Assembly: GCA_036517335.1 (NCBI GenBank)
Contig: DATDWX010000033.1
Location: 9 to 64,008, forward strand
From: Minisyncoccota bacterium
GTDB lineage: Bacteria > Patescibacteriota > Minisyncoccia > Phycocordibacterales > UBA2100
DNA: 64,000 nucleotides
Direction: 5' to 3'
How positions within the stretch are numbered: the stretch's first letter is position 1; every line of letters starts with the position of its first letter. The position numbers were made by a program, and so were the translations under genes. Below, one piece after another: positions 9,655 through 18,453 of this stretch. Below the pieces are notes generated by a model. The model searched no databases, was not told where the DNA came from, and saw nothing but the letters and a program-made list of their open reading frames with translations.

Positions 9655-10746
9655 TTATTTAAATCTTTTGGTCTTCAAGGCTCCACCAAATAGGAAGAGT
9701 GCAAATGCAGCCCACATGCCCGTGCCTTTTGCCGCCACCCGTTGCCTCATCGTTTCTTGGTACTCTTCTTCGAAGTGCGCTCGTTCAAGATCTTTATCGT
9801 ACTCACTCATACGACCCCAGTTTCGGATAGTCATCTTGTGATTTTGCCAGTCAGCATCCATCTGTGTCTCCGTTGGCAGAATGGTGTAAAGGTCTTTAAG
9901 CGGCATCTGGGGAGCACGTTCTGGATTTTTACCGACGATCTCAAGCATGAGAGCACGTCGAACCTCCAAATTTTCCTCCAACATCAATCCCATCAAGTTA
10001 CCCACCCCTTCAGTTCTTCGCTGTATCTCCGTTTTTGCCGTTTGGATATCTCCTCCAAGAGCCTGAAATTCTTTGAAAGTTTTTTCGCTGGTGAAAAGTC
10101 CACGCCAGAACCCAAGTTGAGAATTAATTTCAGCCCGCAACTCTTGAGTGCGTGTGTGTGGATTGGGGTCATTGAGAATGCGGACAATCGTGCTTGTATC
10201 TGGCTCTATGTGACGCTGCTTACAAATCTTTTCAAACTCTCCTTTTAATCGCGCCGATTCAGTTGCTTGCCACGCCGCTAGAGCATTTTGATCTGTTCGC
10301 ATCTCCTCAAACCTTACTGGATCGCTAATCGCTAGTTCCGACAATTGCTTCTGAATAAACGCCGTCATTTGCTTCGCGCCCCGGACCTTGATCGCATTTT
10401 GTAGCTCGGGGGAGGAGGTCGCGAGATCATCAATATTCCCCTCTGTTACCGTTTCGGCTATCTCCTTGGCGTGTGCCACCTGTTCGCCGTAAATCTCTTG
10501 TGCTCGGGCCAATTTTGCTATGTCTCCAGGTGCGACTGTTTCTGGTTGTGCCAGCAAATCAATAATGACACCAGGATCCAATCCTTCTGCACGCAAGAGG
10601 TCTCCCTGCTCAAGCATTTTAGTGAACCGCGTTTGATCTTCCGGCTTGTTTAGTATGTCAGAGAACTTCGGCTGCTCTGGTCCTGCTGGAGCCGCGGCTG
10701 CGGCGACTTCTTTATCGTGTTTGATCGACTCCTCCAAAATATCCAT
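9655..10746 (-). CDS. Hypothetical tail-anchored alpha-helical protein
   Basis: 363-aa ORF with a C-terminal TM (MWAAFALFLFGGAL) followed by KTKRFK. Confidence 0.45.
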   Translation of the reverse strand: MDILEESIKHDKEVAAAAAPAGPEQPKFSDILNKPEDQTRFTKMLEQGDLLRAEGLDPGVIIDLLAQPETVAPGDIAKLARAQEIYGEQVAHAKEIAETVTEGNIDDLATSSPELQNAIKVRGAKQMTAFIQKQLSELAISDPVRFEEMRTDQNALAAWQATESARLKGEFEKICKQRHIEPDTSTIVRILNDPNPHTRTQELRAEINSQLGFWRGLFTSEKTFKEFQALGGDIQTAKTEIQRRTEGVGNLMGLMLEENLEVRRALMLEIVGKNPERAPQMPLKDLYTILPTETQMDADWQNHKMTIRNWGRMSEYDKDLERAHFEEEYQETMRQRVAAKGTGMWAAFALFLFGGALKTKRFK

Positions 10747-10821
10747 TACAAAACTGTATCATGCACTTAACAATGGAACCAACGAGTATTGTGGGCGAGG
10801 GGTGAAAGGTGAGATTTGAGC

Positions 10822-10849
10822 TTGACAAGGCACAATAAAGTGATATAAT
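10822..10849 (+). promoter_or_regulatory. Consensus sigma70 promoter TTGACA-16-TATAAT
   Basis: Exact hexamers about 75 nt upstream of the small-peptide ATG. A GGAGAAGAAGACG RBS is present. Confidence 0.55.
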
Positions 10850-10925
10850 CCCAACTAGTCTGGCGGGAGACCGTCCTGGCCAGTCGAAACCGGCTCTGCG
10901 GAGTCATAACACGGAGAAGAAGACG

Positions 10926-11180
10926 ATGAAGACGACGATGACGGCCGCCCTGGCGCTTGTCGCGTTGTGCGGTTTGGCCTCCTCGGCGGAGGCACGCTGG
11001 GTGTGCCAGCAGTGGCATCATCGGACCTGCGTAAGGGCAGTGTGGGTGCAACCGCCCCCGCAGGCGCAAACCGTCTACGGGCCGACGACGAGGTCCGCAC
11101 CCACGAGCACGTACCAGGCGTGCTGGGTCAACGGGGTCCGACGTACGGACATCCCCGAGAGTCAGTGCCGCGCGCACTAA
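10926..11180 (+). CDS. Small secreted cysteine- and tryptophan-containing peptide (84-aa precursor, about 61-aa mature, 4 Cys)
   Basis: Signal peptide MKTTMTAALALVALCGLASSAEA. High-GC codon usage. Strong promoter and RBS. Confidence 0.5.
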   Translation: MKTTMTAALALVALCGLASSAEARWVCQQWHHRTCVRAVWVQPPPQAQTVYGPTTRSAPTSTYQACWVNGVRRTDIPESQCRAH

Positions 11181-11392
11181 CGTTCCCAAGGTGTGGCCAG
11201 CTTCGCAGTGATCTGCAGGCTGGCCCACCAATCCATTCTTTTGTTCTTTTTCGTGTTCTTTTTCGCGAAAGTCTGTTTGCGAGCAACCATCTTATTCGGT
11301 TCTCAAACAGACCTTCACGAGATGAAGGTTTCGCAACGGGACCAACCGCTGCGGTTGGTCTTTGATATCTTACCGCAAATGGGAGAAATGCG

Positions 11393-11920
11393 ATGCATGT
11401 ATCCGATATTTTTTCGCGGCATGAACGCCGCGAAGCGATGGTCACTTTTTTCGTGGAGGCCGGTGCCAGCGACGCGCAGTCCTACGGGGCGATCGTAGCC
11501 TTGATTGTTCCAATCCTTGGTCTACTCGATCCATCCCTCGAGATACGGCTCTTCGCGGCAGCCATTTTCTTCGCCATCGGGCACGTCTACTGGTGGATCG
11601 AGGCCGGATGGATCACGGCCGAAATCCAACGGCACGGCGTGCTCGACACCAACGACGTGAGTTATCAGCGTCGCACGATGTACTGGCTGTATTACGGCGT
11701 CATCTTCGCTGTCGTCGTATGGCTCCTGTCGATGGTCGGATGGTTTGCCGGAGGTTGGCCCCATTTGCACTACGGCCTTGTGGAATGGGTGATACTAATC
11801 CATACCATTATGGTTGGGAGGGGGGCAATCGGTACCATAAATCACCTCTTCGACCAGTACCTGCAGGCCACGGCGGCTCAAAAGAGGTACGAGACGGAGG
11901 AGAGGCCACCTCGGCAGTGA
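11393..11920 (+). CDS. Hypothetical 4-TM membrane protein
   Basis: ORF with four hydrophobic helices in the high-GC islet. An alternative start is at 11438 (MVTFF). Confidence 0.45.
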   Translation: MHVSDIFSRHERREAMVTFFVEAGASDAQSYGAIVALIVPILGLLDPSLEIRLFAAAIFFAIGHVYWWIEAGWITAEIQRHGVLDTNDVSYQRRTMYWLYYGVIFAVVVWLLSMVGWFAGGWPHLHYGLVEWVILIHTIMVGRGAIGTINHLFDQYLQATAAQKRYETEERPPRQ

Positions 11921-11943
11921 GATACTTGCCGGTGCAACAAAAA

Positions 11944-11972
11944 GGCGGGGACCCAACCCCGCCATTTTTCTA
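11944..11972 (+). terminator. Rho-independent terminator (ggcgggg acccaa ccccgcc atttttct)
   Basis: GC stem plus T-run directly after the 11393-11920 gene. Confidence 0.55.
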
Positions 11973-11973
11973 C

Positions 11974-12001
11974 TTGACAATTCGTATTCGTTTGTTATAA
12001 T
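11974..12001 (+). promoter_or_regulatory. Consensus sigma70 promoter TTGACA-16-TATAAT
   Basis: Exact hexamers upstream of the 12076 gene. Confidence 0.55.
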
Positions 12002-12075
12002 AGAAAGTGGACTAAGAAGCCCTCATACGACCGGGGCTTTAAAATTCGGTCGCGTTCATTGGGAGATAGATAAGC

Positions 12076-12726
12076 ATGTCCGACACCTCTGGTACGTCGC
12101 GTACCCCGCGTCGCGTTCGTCGCCACCATGTGGCGTTGGTCATCCTCGTTCTGCTTGTGGCAACCGTCGCAGGTGGTTGGGGTCTAGGCGTTTTTTCGAT
12201 CAACAAAGACAAGGCCGCCGAGATTGGCCAACGTGCGGGCATCGGTGGCGGCCCATCGGCTCCCCTCGACCCGGCTTTCAAGGTCAAGGCCGACGCGGCC
12301 GAGCAGGAAAACGCTCGCCTCAAGGCCGAGGTGGTGGAGCGGAAACGCGTCGCCAAGATCGAGGCCGAAAACGCCGAGCTCAGGGCGAAGCTGTCTGGCC
12401 AAAAGTCGCCAGCAGCGCCTGATTCGACCGCTTCGGCACCGCCAGCGGCACCAGTGCCTCCGCAGTCGACGCAGCCGCCCGCGGGAAACCCTCGCGAGCA
12501 AATGGCTGCCCGCGCCTACGAGAAGCTTGGCCCTGCTCCGGAAGGTTCGCGCCTTTACGAGCACCAGGTCAACCCTGCGCAGCCCGCCCTTAAGGCTGCA
12601 CAGAAGGTGGCCGCGACGCCGCCCGCAGGCTACACGGGCTGTGAGATTCACAGCCAGGTGGACGATCCGGTCACGCACGAGCTTCACACCCGCTGGAAGA
12701 ACTGCGTTCCCGCAAAAGGCAAATAG
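12076..12726 (+). CDS. Membrane-anchored coiled-coil, Pro/Ala-rich protein
   Basis: N-terminal TM, coiled-coil segment (ENARLKAEVVERKRVAKIEAENAELRAKL), PA-rich linker. High-GC. Confidence 0.5.
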   Translation: MSDTSGTSRTPRRVRRHHVALVILVLLVATVAGGWGLGVFSINKDKAAEIGQRAGIGGGPSAPLDPAFKVKADAAEQENARLKAEVVERKRVAKIEAENAELRAKLSGQKSPAAPDSTASAPPAAPVPPQSTQPPAGNPREQMAARAYEKLGPAPEGSRLYEHQVNPAQPALKAAQKVAATPPAGYTGCEIHSQVDDPVTHELHTRWKNCVPAKGK

Positions 12727-12740
12727 GACTTCGGTCCGGT

Positions 12741-12780
12741 GCGGGGGGTGGCTGAGCTGCCCCCCGCATTTCTCTTTTTC
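12741..12780 (+). terminator. Rho-independent terminator (gcgggggg..ccccccgc + atttctctttttc)
   Basis: 8-bp GC stem and a T-rich tail. Confidence 0.6.
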
Positions 12781-12885
12781 ACTTCAAGAAATCTTTCGTG
12801 GACGGCTGATTGTGTGCTACAAATGCACAGCCAGGCTTTCATGAAATCTGCGCACCATGCGTGGATATAGCGCAAGGAGGAAGCC

Positions 12886-13269
12886 ATGCTGATCTTTATA
12901 AGAATGGCGACGGTTTTTTCCTTCGCCACAATCATTGCCTTTACGGCTCACGCGCAGAGCTCACCGCCGCGGTGCGTTGACACTGGAAACAGTATTGACA
13001 TCCAGACACCTGACGGTAAGCCATTCCATGTTCAGATTCCGATTGGAAAGGAGCTCAAACAAGAACTCTTCTTCTCGTGGGCGTATTCGATCGATGGCAC
13101 GGGCTGCATCGAAGAACGCCCGCGCAAGGTCTGCGATAGGGAGCTCAAAAAACGCGGTCTGCCTCCGCATCGGTGGAAAAGAACCGAAACGTGCGAGCAT
13201 TTCGTCATTCCAAGCAACGCGGGACACGACCACCGGAGGGAGAACCAGCGTAGGGGCAGGAGACAATAA
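12886..13269 (+). CDS. Hypothetical secreted protein (4 Cys)
   Basis: Signal peptide (MATVFSFATIIAFTAHA). A GGAGGAAGCC RBS precedes the start. Confidence 0.45.
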   Translation: MLIFIRMATVFSFATIIAFTAHAQSSPPRCVDTGNSIDIQTPDGKPFHVQIPIGKELKQELFFSWAYSIDGTGCIEERPRKVCDRELKKRGLPPHRWKRTETCEHFVIPSNAGHDHRRENQRRGRRQ

Positions 13270-13333
13270 AGGGAGGGACGTTGGCGGAATTGTCGACGTC
13301 CCCCCACCCCCTAACTTGGGCGGAGGCGGGTAC

Positions 13334-13361
13334 TTGACAAGTCAAAAAAAAGCATTATAAT
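13334..13361 (+). promoter_or_regulatory. Consensus sigma70 promoter TTGACA-16-TATAAT
   Basis: Exact hexamers. The first in-frame ATG overlaps the -10 box, so the true start is more likely the ATG at 13402. Confidence 0.5.
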
Positions 13362-13401
13362 GGCTAAGGAACTTGAAGTTATCAAATTTATTAGAAATAT
13401 T

Positions 13402-14856
13402 ATGAAGTCAATCATGCAACGGGAAAATTCGATCGGGCTTATGTTCAGCATTGTCATGCTGTTTGCTTTGTTTGCCGTCACAGGAGTGTTTCCGATGCAG
13501 GCGCATGCCCAATTTGTTGATACGACCACTCCCTATGGTGATGGAGGCGGGTTTTTGGGTGATACGAACGGCGGATACGGAATTTTCGGCTCGCAAGGAG
13601 GTTTTGTTGATACAACTACGCCGTATGGCGGAGGTGGATACGTTGATACAACTACACCATACGATTACTCCGGTTACGTAGACACCACTACTCCTTACAA
13701 TTATGGAGGTTATGTCGATACAACTACTCCTTACGGCAGCATTACGCCGATCGGCGACACATACACTCCTGAATACAGCTACAGGCCCGGCGACACGTAC
13801 ACGCCCGAGTACAGTTACACCCCGGGCAGTACATACACGCCCGAGTACAGCTATTCGACGTATTCCCCGTACTCTTCAATTCCGTCGTACGCTTCGCAGT
13901 ACATTCCTACCTACGCGGCACAGTACATGCCGAGCTACACGATACCAACATTCACTTCGACACAGGTGCAGACACAGCGCGCGCCGACGTTTACCACGGC
14001 CGCTCCGCAGACACAGACGCAGAGTCAGTCGCAGGCGAGCACGAATACGAACGTGAATCCGAATACAAACACCAACGTCAACACCGCTTCGACAGGTGCG
14101 ATCACCATCAACAACACGGTCAACGCAGCGCCGGTCGTGCAGGCACAGCCGCAGCGCCCGATCCAGTACACGTTCCCGAGCCCTGCCTGCACCATCTACG
14201 CTTCCAACGCCTATAGCTACAACACCTACAATTACAATCAACCGATCACTCTTACGTGGTCTTCCAGCAACGCCACCAGCGCATATATCTCGCCGAACGT
14301 CGGCACCGTCAACACCTCTGGCTCGACCACGGTGTACCCGAGCGGCTACACGACCTACACGCTCACGGTCAGCGGCGCGGGCGGCACCGCGACCTGTCAG
14401 ACGACTGCCAACTATGCCTATGCTGCGCCGACCTACGTTGCTCCGACCGTCGCAACTCCCGTAGCTCCATACGTCTCGCTCACGCAGATCCCGTACACAG
14501 GCCTCGATTACGGCCCGGTGGGCAACGCGATCTACTGGCTCTCGATGCTCTCGTTTGCAGTTGCGGCCGGATATCTGATGGTCTATTATCGTGGTGGCGC
14601 CTTCGCCTTCGCTTCGAGCATGCTCGGTTCCGCCAAGGGGGGGACTCGCAATGACTCGTACGATTTCTCGGATGATGGTGGTGCTTCATCCGCTGTCGAA
14701 ACAGAAGCGTCGGCAGAAGTTGCCCCTGAAATGATAAAAAGTCCGATCACTGTAGGTATGCTTCCGACCATCGAGAACCGCCGCATCACGACCGACTCGA
14801 TGATCATTGAAAGTTCGATTGGCAGTGCACCTCGCATCGTGATTGCGCGGGGTTAA
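13402..14856 (+). CDS. Secreted low-complexity surface protein with tandem (F/Y)VDTTTPY and PEYSY repeats, Thr/Tyr/Asn-rich, with an internal TM near the C-terminus
   Basis: Signal peptide, 6x YVDTTTPY repeats, 3x TYTPEYSY repeats, an IPYTG motif followed by a hydrophobic segment. Confidence 0.6.
   Translation: MKSIMQRENSIGLMFSIVMLFALFAVTGVFPMQAHAQFVDTTTPYGDGGGFLGDTNGGYGIFGSQGGFVDTTTPYGGGGYVDTTTPYDYSGYVDTTTPYNYGGYVDTTTPYGSITPIGDTYTPEYSYRPGDTYTPEYSYTPGSTYTPEYSYSTYSPYSSIPSYASQYIPTYAAQYMPSYTIPTFTSTQVQTQRAPTFTTAAPQTQTQSQSQASTNTNVNPNTNTNVNTASTGAITINNTVNAAPVVQAQPQRPIQYTFPSPACTIYASNAYSYNTYNYNQPITLTWSSSNATSAYISPNVGTVNTSGSTTVYPSGYTTYTLTVSGAGGTATCQTTANYAYAAPTYVAPTVATPVAPYVSLTQIPYTGLDYGPVGNAIYWLSMLSFAVAAGYLMVYYRGGAFAFASSMLGSAKGGTRNDSYDFSDDGGASSAVETEASAEVAPEMIKSPITVGMLPTIENRRITTDSMIIESSIGSAPRIVIARG
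13495..13740. repeat. Tandem roughly 27-bp coding repeats (YVDTTTPYG units)
   Basis: Six degenerate direct repeats read in the DNA and in the translation. Confidence 0.7.
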
Positions 14857-14921
14857 TAAAACAATTGACGGGTGCGAGCTCTCCTGCTTCGCCAAGGCTT
14901 CGCAGGACAAGAAAGTGAACG

Positions 14922-14950
14922 AAAAACCGCCCCAAAGGCGGTTTTTCGTT
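14922..14950 (+). terminator. Rho-independent terminator (aaaaaccgcc ccaaa ggcggttttt)
   Basis: Perfect stem with a flanking T-run after the repeat-protein gene. Confidence 0.7.
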
Positions 14951-15012
14951 GTGCCCAGGGGGTGTGTAGGCAACCCTCCACGGTGGCAATGTATGGTTTA
15001 TACTGACGGGGT

Positions 15013-15387
15013 ATGGCAAAAAGGATCCTCGTGGGTGAAGACGACTCGCTGCTTTCTTCGATGATCGTGAGGCGTTTGGATGCCGAAGGGTACGACACCG
15101 AGGCCACGTACGACGGCGAACAAACGATCAAGAAGATACGAGACTGGAAGCCCGATCTCTTGCTCCTCGACATTCTCATGCCTGGTAAAAGTGGCTACGA
15201 TGTCTTGGAAGTGATGCGCGCCGAGGGCATACACGCGAGCATGCATGTCATCATTCTCTCAAACTTGAGTGCCAAAGAGGATATCGCTCGCGCGCAGAAA
15301 TATGGCGTGACCGACTTTCTCGTCAAGGCTCGAACTACGCTCGCAGAAGTGGCCGAGAAGGTAAAGAGCGTACTTTCCGCCTCCTAA
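15013..15387 (+). CDS. Stand-alone response-regulator receiver domain (CheY-like)
   Basis: ILVGEDD...DLLLLDILMPGKSGYDVL...VIILS...DFLVKA with conserved Asp and Lys positions. Confidence 0.8.
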   Translation: MAKRILVGEDDSLLSSMIVRRLDAEGYDTEATYDGEQTIKKIRDWKPDLLLLDILMPGKSGYDVLEVMRAEGIHASMHVIILSNLSAKEDIARAQKYGVTDFLVKARTTLAEVAEKVKSVLSAS

Positions 15388-15392
15388 ATTCC

Positions 15393-16508
15393 GTGGAACA
15401 GCCGATGAAGAGCAGGCTCCTCTTTTTTCCACTCTGGTTGAAACTTGTTGTCGTGATCGTGGTGGCCGCGTTGCCCCTCGCTGCGCTTACTTTGCTACTC
15501 TCGGATGTGTGGAGTTTCCTCGGTGTTTCTGGTCTCTTCGTACGTACCGACCTTACCCATATCGGGCAGTACGAAGTACCGCTGGTATATGTGGCGGGCG
15601 GTAGCGCCTTATTACTCGCCCTCTTACTCGGCCTCATCGCATCAGAAGCGCTCTTCCTCACCTCCGCCCGTCGTACTTTGCGGTGGCTTCTCGAATTGCG
15701 TCGGGGAGAATTTAAGGTCGTGCCACCGCTTGGAAGGACCGGAGCAGATGAGATCGGAGAAATAGGCCGGCAAGTGGCCTTCGCGGCGCTCACCTTCTCG
15801 CGTCAAAAAGAGCAAAGCGATGCATCCATCGAGCAGCGCTCACTCTTCCTCATGACCGCCGCACATCAGCTCCGCACACCGCTCACGGGTCTTCTGTGGA
15901 CCATCGACACGCTTCAGAATGCTGCCACATCGGAAGCGGAGCGGGCGAGATCACTGCTTGCGGTGGGCGAGAGTGTGCGGCGCATGCGGCTCGTGATCGA
16001 ACACATTCTCGCGAGCGCCAGTATCGAGGAAGGAAAGTACGGCTACGTGTTTGAACAGGCCGATATGGTCCCCGTGATCGAGGAGCTCGTATCAGAACTG
16101 AAGCCACTTTCGGAGCATCATCAGATAGACCTTGCATTCTTGCACGAGGGAAGCGTACCTGCGCACATAGATAAAGAGCGTATTTCGCTCGCGCTCTTCG
16201 ACCTGATGTCCAATGCTATTCAGTACACGCCTGCGCGCGGACACGTACGCGTGTCGCTCAATGCGGCGGGTGGGCGCGTGGAGGTAGCCATCGAAGATAC
16301 TGGTATCGGCATTTCGGAGGATGAACGCGCACTCCTTTTTAATAAATTTTATCGCGGGGAACGCGCGCGACACATGCATCCCGACGGCTCGGGCCTCGGA
16401 CTCTACCTGGCGCGCACGATCATCCAGAAACACGGATCGGACATCGCTATACAATCTGCCGAAGGAAAGGGGACCCGCATCTCTTTTTTCCTGAAGTCGA
16501 AGCGTTGA
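15393..16508 (+). CDS. Sensor histidine kinase (membrane-bound)
   Basis: H-box HQLRTPLTGL, N/G boxes (DTGIGI, GSGLGLYLA), N-terminal TM helices. Confidence 0.8.
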   Translation: MEQPMKSRLLFFPLWLKLVVVIVVAALPLAALTLLLSDVWSFLGVSGLFVRTDLTHIGQYEVPLVYVAGGSALLLALLLGLIASEALFLTSARRTLRWLLELRRGEFKVVPPLGRTGADEIGEIGRQVAFAALTFSRQKEQSDASIEQRSLFLMTAAHQLRTPLTGLLWTIDTLQNAATSEAERARSLLAVGESVRRMRLVIEHILASASIEEGKYGYVFEQADMVPVIEELVSELKPLSEHHQIDLAFLHEGSVPAHIDKERISLALFDLMSNAIQYTPARGHVRVSLNAAGGRVEVAIEDTGIGISEDERALLFNKFYRGERARHMHPDGSGLGLYLARTIIQKHGSDIAIQSAEGKGTRISFFLKSKR

Positions 16509-16511
16509 ACC

Positions 16512-17753
16512 TCACACCCTGCCCTCGATCTCGCCTTTCAGTCGCGAAATAATTTCTGGCACTGACAACTCACCTATCTTTCCACCACGCCCCTCCAGAG
16601 TCGCCGTCTGCGCACTCACTTCCTCATCGCCGACGACCAGGAGGTAGGGGACTTTTTCCACCTTTGCGCTCCGAATTTTCTTGCCGAGCGTTTCGTCGCT
16701 TTCATCTAGCTCCGCTCGAATGGAAGCCCCGCGCAATGCTTCCAAGATGCCTCGTGCGTACTCGGCGTGTTTTTCAGAGATTGGAATGACTTTCGCTTGC
16801 ACGGGTGAGAGCCAGAGGGGGAATACGCCTGCGTAGTGTTCGATGAGGAATGCAACCGTGCGCTCGATGGCACCGATAGAGGAGCGATGTACGACGAACG
16901 CGCGATGCTTTTGCCCGTCCTCGCCAATGTACGTGAGGTCGAAACGGTCGGGCATGCAAAAGTCGTACTGGACCGTAAAGGCCGTGTCTTCTTTTCCGTT
17001 CACATTTTTCACTTGGATGTCTATCTTGGGGCCGTAGAAAGCGGCTTCGTCTTTCGCCTCCACGTATTGCGCACCACGTTGCTCGAGCAATTCACGCAGC
17101 ATCTTCTCGCCTTTTTCCCATGCAGCGTCATTTTTATAATATTTTTCGCTGTTGTCCGGGTCGCCAAGCGACAAGCGGTAGTGGTAGTCGGTGCCGTACT
17201 GCAGGCCGAACACGCCCGCCGCATACTGTATGAGGTCGAGCGCCGAGCCAATCTCTTCCATCGCCTGTTCCTCGCTCGCGCAGATAATGTGCGCGTCAGA
17301 AAGGCAGAACGATCGCACGCGCTGTAAGCCCATCAGTTCGCCGGATTGTTCGTAGCGGTAGAGCTTGGCTAGTTCCGCGATGCGCATCGGCAGCTCGCGG
17401 TAGCTGCGCGGGCGCGAGAGGTAGAGCTCGAAATGGTGCGGGCAAGTCATCGGCCGCAGCATATATTCCTCGTCGTCTATGATGATGGGCGCATACATGG
17501 AATCCTTGTAGTGCGGGTAGTGGCCGCTTTTTCGGTAGAGATCGAGCTTAGCGATATCGGGGGTGCATACGTGTTGGTAGCCGCGCTTGATCTCCTCATC
17601 TACTATGAAGCGCTCAAGCTCGCGGCGTATCGTCGCGCCCTTTGGGAGCCACAGCGGGAGGCCCTTGCCCACCTCATCGGAAAACGTAAAAAGCTCCAGC
17701 TCGCGACCCAATACCTTGTGGTCATTCTCTTTCGGCTGCTTGTCGTCAGACAT
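16512..17753 (-). CDS. thrS: Threonine--tRNA ligase, truncated form (catalytic and anticodon-binding domains only, 413 aa)
   Basis: Class II ThrRS core (RGYQHVCTPDIAKLDLYRKSGHYPHY, CPHHFELY, FTVQYDF) and a C-terminal anticodon-binding domain. Confidence 0.85.
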   Translation of the reverse strand: MSDDKQPKENDHKVLGRELELFTFSDEVGKGLPLWLPKGATIRRELERFIVDEEIKRGYQHVCTPDIAKLDLYRKSGHYPHYKDSMYAPIIIDDEEYMLRPMTCPHHFELYLSRPRSYRELPMRIAELAKLYRYEQSGELMGLQRVRSFCLSDAHIICASEEQAMEEIGSALDLIQYAAGVFGLQYGTDYHYRLSLGDPDNSEKYYKNDAAWEKGEKMLRELLEQRGAQYVEAKDEAAFYGPKIDIQVKNVNGKEDTAFTVQYDFCMPDRFDLTYIGEDGQKHRAFVVHRSSIGAIERTVAFLIEHYAGVFPLWLSPVQAKVIPISEKHAEYARGILEALRGASIRAELDESDETLGKKIRSAKVEKVPYLLVVGDEEVSAQTATLEGRGGKIGELSVPEIISRLKGEIEGRV

Positions 17754-17774
17754 GGGGAGATGATAACAACTTTA

Positions 17775-17822
17775 GTGGTAGGTGTAAAAGTAAACACGCC
17801 CCATAAAAGGAGGCGTGTTCCC
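17775..17822 (-). terminator. Intrinsic terminator on the minus strand (acacgcc...ggcgtgt stem, T-rich tail on minus)
   Basis: Hairpin plus tttacttttac on the minus strand, downstream of the 17862-18305 gene. Confidence 0.4.
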
Positions 17823-17861
17823 GCGAGCGAGCCGCGGGCAAAGTTCGTTGTCGCTTACAGA

Positions 17862-18305
17862 TCAGCTTGCGGCCTCGGAATCCTGGGATTGGCGAGGCAG
17901 CACTTCCAACAGCTCCATCCGCATCGCGATGCAGATTTCGGCGGCACGTTCGCGTCGAGGTGCGTCCCTGTCGATGCGAAGCTTCTTGGGGCGTCGAGAG
18001 AATGTCTGCATAGCTCTAATCCAGCCCCACAGCTCGCCATAGATGTGGTCCAACTTGGCTGTGCCGAGCGGGTTGCAAACCTTCTTCCAGCCCCCGATCA
18101 GAACGTCACAATCGCCAGCTCCACCCATCCCATGCTCGCGCACGAACACGGCCTGCTCTTTGCCAATGATCGAGCTTGCGATATGGGCGCATCTGGCGAT
18201 ACTCCCATAATCGACATTTGGGTTTTGCCGATTGAGTTCGCGGAGTGCATTGGCCGCATCCCCCAGTGCTGCGACCGCGGTCCTATCAAACAGAACAAGC
18301 GTCAT
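17862..18305 (-). CDS. Hypothetical protein (147 aa)
   Basis: ORF with an upstream promoter-like TTGACT. No confident family. Confidence 0.4.
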   Translation of the reverse strand: MTLVLFDRTAVAALGDAANALRELNRQNPNVDYGSIARCAHIASSIIGKEQAVFVREHGMGGAGDCDVLIGGWKKVCNPLGTAKLDHIYGELWGWIRAMQTFSRRPKKLRIDRDAPRRERAAEICIAMRMELLEVLPRQSQDSEAAS

Positions 18306-18453
18306 CTCGCGTTTCCCCTTTTAGCGTAACCTTGGCCTCTCAGGACCAACTTCAAAATACCTCCACTTTTGCAAACAGTCAATCACAAAGCTTTCGCTTT
18401 TTCCACAACCCCGAACCAAAGCAAAGCTTGGTACGGGGCAGGCAAAACTCGGC

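Noticed and set aside
10767-11231. 154-aa minus-strand ORF overlapping the small secreted-peptide gene
   Set aside because: It is a high-GC shadow ORF. The plus-strand peptide has a consensus promoter, an RBS and a signal peptide.
12177-12844. Overlapping Arg-rich ORFs (12177-12422, 12224-12844, 12184-12687)
   Set aside because: These are alternative frames of the 12076-12726 gene in a 66% GC region, with Arg/Pro-rich nonsense translations.
14440-14560. IPYTG as a canonical sortase-sorting signal in the repeat protein
   Set aside because: The motif is followed by about 110 more residues rather than a short charged tail, so classical C-terminal sorting is unlikely.
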